Origin: an uncultured Candidatus Saccharibacteria bacterium
Lineage (GTDB): Bacteria > Patescibacteriota > Minisyncoccia > Phycocordibacterales > UBA9973
Reading direction: 5' to 3'
Length of the DNA stretch: 64,000 bases
NCBI GenBank assembly: GCA_964646765.1
Contig: CAZYIA010000002.1
Location: 99,467 to 163,466, forward strand
The notes under the pieces are model-generated. The model searched no databases. It was given only the letters and a program-made list of their open reading frames with translations, and was not told the origin of the DNA. Positions 61,905 to 64,000 of the stretch are shown piece after piece. Positions within the stretch are counted from its first letter, which is position 1. Each line of letters begins with the position of its first letter. The position numbers and the translations under genes were made by a program.

Positions 61905-64000
61905 CATGATTTCGAGAGTGTTTATAGCCCCGGTCGTTTCTGACCCGAGGGCGCACTCCGCCCAAAAATCCTTCGATCGCCTTACTCTTTCCGGAAAGGT
62001 GTCTTCGGTATTTGTGGTTGATGCCTATACCTTTGATGTATCGCTCTCACTCCTAGAACACAAGAAGCTTGCCGAGGCGCTCACCAATCCAGGACTAGAA
62101 ATTTCCACCATTGATAGTCTGCCGAAGCTCCCGAAATTCTCCTTCGCCATCGAAATTGGTTTTAAGCCGGGAGTTACCGACAACGTAGCAACTACGGTTC
62201 GCGAAATGGTCGGAGATATAACTCGCCGAAATGTAAAAGACTCTGAAACAATTGCGAGCTCGAAGGTCTTTTTTGTTTCAGGTCCTCTCAACGAGAACGA
62301 TGCAAAAATAATTGCGCTCTCTCTCCATAACCCGCTTATTGAGCATGCAGCAATTACCAAAGAATCTGAAGTAAAAAAAAGTGGTTTACCTACCTATCTT
62401 CCGCGCGTGGTGCTTGAAAGTTCAGGCAATGTTTCTACTGTGCCACTGCTTTTAATGAGTGACGCTGAACTCAAAGAAGTCGGTGAAAAGGGAATCAAAA
62501 ATGCCGACGGCAGCTACCGTGGCCCGCTCGCACTTGAATTTGATTATATGAAAGTAATTCAGGCGCACTTTAAAGCGCTCGGCCGAAATCCTACGGATAT
62601 TGAACTGGAATCGTTGGCTCAGACGTGGAGCGAGCACTGCAAACACACTATTTTTGCCAATCCGATGGAAGGAGCAGAGCGCGGCATTTACAAAACCTAC
62701 ATTAAAGGCGCCACAGAAAAAATTCGTGCCGCAAAAGGCAAAAAAGATTTTTGCGTTTCGGTTTTCTCTGACAACGCCGGCGGCATTGTCTTCGATGATG
62801 AGTATGTGGTGACGCACAAAGTTGAAACGCATAATTCACCATCAGCCCTCGATCCATTCGGCGGTGCCATCACCGGCATCGTTGGTGTTAACCGCGACAC
62901 GATCGGTTTCGGCCTCGGAGCGAAGCCAGTGGCAAACGTCTACGGCTTCTGTTTTGGTTATCCAACCGATAAGCGCCCGCTCTATCGCAACGCACAAAAA
63001 ACTGAAAAACTGCTTTCACCGGAACGTATTATGGAAGGCGTGGTGAAGGGAGTGAATGTTGGCGGCAACTGCTCGGGTATCCCAACAGTGCATGGCTTTC
63101 TTCATTTTGATGATGACTTCCGCGGAAAGCCGCTCGTTTTTGCAGGAACTGTTGGTCTTATTCCGAGAAAAGTGAAAGGGAAACCTTCGCACGAGAAAGA
63201 AGCAAAGAAAGGCGACTATGTGGTAGTTATCGGCGGCCGCGTCGGCGCCGATGGTATTCATGGCGCAACATTCTCTTCAGTCGTGCTTGATCAAAATTCT
63301 CCGGCAACAGCGGTGCAAATCGGCGACCCCATCACTCAGAAAAAACTTTCTGACATGATCGTCAAAGAAGCTCGAGAAGAGGGACTCTATAACAGCATCA
63401 CCGATAACGGCGCGGGAGGTATTTCCTGTTCGGTTGCTGAAATGGCAAAGGAGTGTAACGGTGCAGTGGTTGATTTAGAAAAAGTGCCGCTCAAATATCC
63501 CGGACTTGATCCATGGCAGATTTGGATTTCTGAATCACAAGAACGCATGACTCTTTCTGTGCCGAAAGGTAAGTGGGAAGCATTCAAAAAACTATGCGAT
63601 AGCCGAGGAGTAGAAGCAACGGTGATTGGTGAATTTACTAACTCTGGAAACATGACGGTGCGTTTTGGTGGGAAAACAGTGATGGATATTTCACTTGAAT
63701 TTCTTCACAACGGTTTACCAAAGAAGGAACTCGAACTTACAAAGCCGGTTCGTACATTTATTGAACCAAAACGTAAGGCAGAAAAAGATCTTACAAAAAC
63801 TGTTATAAAACTTCTTGCTCGCGAAAATATCGGCAGCACCGAGTTTGTGTCTAAGCAGTACGATCATGAAGTCCAAGCTGGTTCAGTATTGAAGCCAACC
63901 CAGGGTCGCGGTCGTGTTTCCGCTGATGCCGAAATTTTCCGTCCAGTTCTTTCCAGTAAAAAAGGAGTGGTGCTCACTTCAGCTCTCTTTCCTTCGTACT
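61905..64000 (+). CDS. purL: Phosphoribosylformylglycinamidine synthase (FGAM synthase, PurL-type), 3' end outside the window
   Basis: This ORF is not in the supplied track because it runs off the window. It translates from the ATG at 61905 to MISRVFIAPVVSDPRAHS... and contains LAQTWSEHCKHTIF (the PurL SEHC.HK.F motif) and GAITGIVGVNRD, and it continues in frame to the window end. Confidence 0.7.

Overview
The window looks like a reduced genome with Candidate Phyla Radiation (Patescibacteria) traits. Its core is a fragmented str–S10–spc ribosomal-protein cluster: rpsL-rpsG, then fusA, then tuf-rpsJ-rplC-rplD-rplW-rplB, then rpsS through rplE, then rpsN through rplO, secY, adk and map. Ribosomal protein L30 is absent between rpsE and rplO, and S10, S19 and S5 carry terminal extensions. 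Several blocks of non-ribosomal genes interrupt this backbone. (1) Two paralogous membrane-anchored surface proteins sit between rpsG and fusA. (2) An 876-aa secreted protein with a Bacteroidota-style signal peptide and a C-terminal domain typical of the type IX secretion system lies between fusA and tuf. (3) A block between rplB and rpsS holds a membrane protein, dgkA, a fusion of a PP-loop ATPase to MurD, pyrF and pyrE. (4) A small islet with a divergent adenylate kinase paralog sits between rplE and rpsN. Other genes present are recJ (5' partial), rnhA with a C-terminal viroplasmin-like domain, a ComEC gene split into channel and metallo-beta-lactamase parts, an Fe/Mn superoxide dismutase, guaA, rpmB, and a fusion of a vitamin-K-carboxylase-like membrane domain to a DCC thiol oxidoreductase. 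Further genes are two tandem secreted peptidoglycan-binding paralogs (one with Kelch-like repeats), an M50 protease, a surface protein with a Thr/Gly-rich linker, and a soluble 912-aa VirD4/TraG-like ATPase. There is also a Maf–CYTH–Ndk–HD–CYTH nucleotide-metabolism cluster, an 878-aa tail-fiber-like protein with a C-terminal phage intramolecular-chaperone domain (third member of the surface-protein family), a beta-CASP RNase, a LOG/TIGR00725-like protein, a P-type ATPase, rplT-rpmI-infC, a phosphohexomutase and purL (3' partial). I saw no rRNA, tRNA or CRISPR array. Several rho-independent terminators and sigma70-like promoters are visible. All calls come from reading the translations and the sequence by eye; no searches were run. 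Coordinates of features I placed myself (terminators, promoters, adjusted starts) are approximate to ±2 nt.
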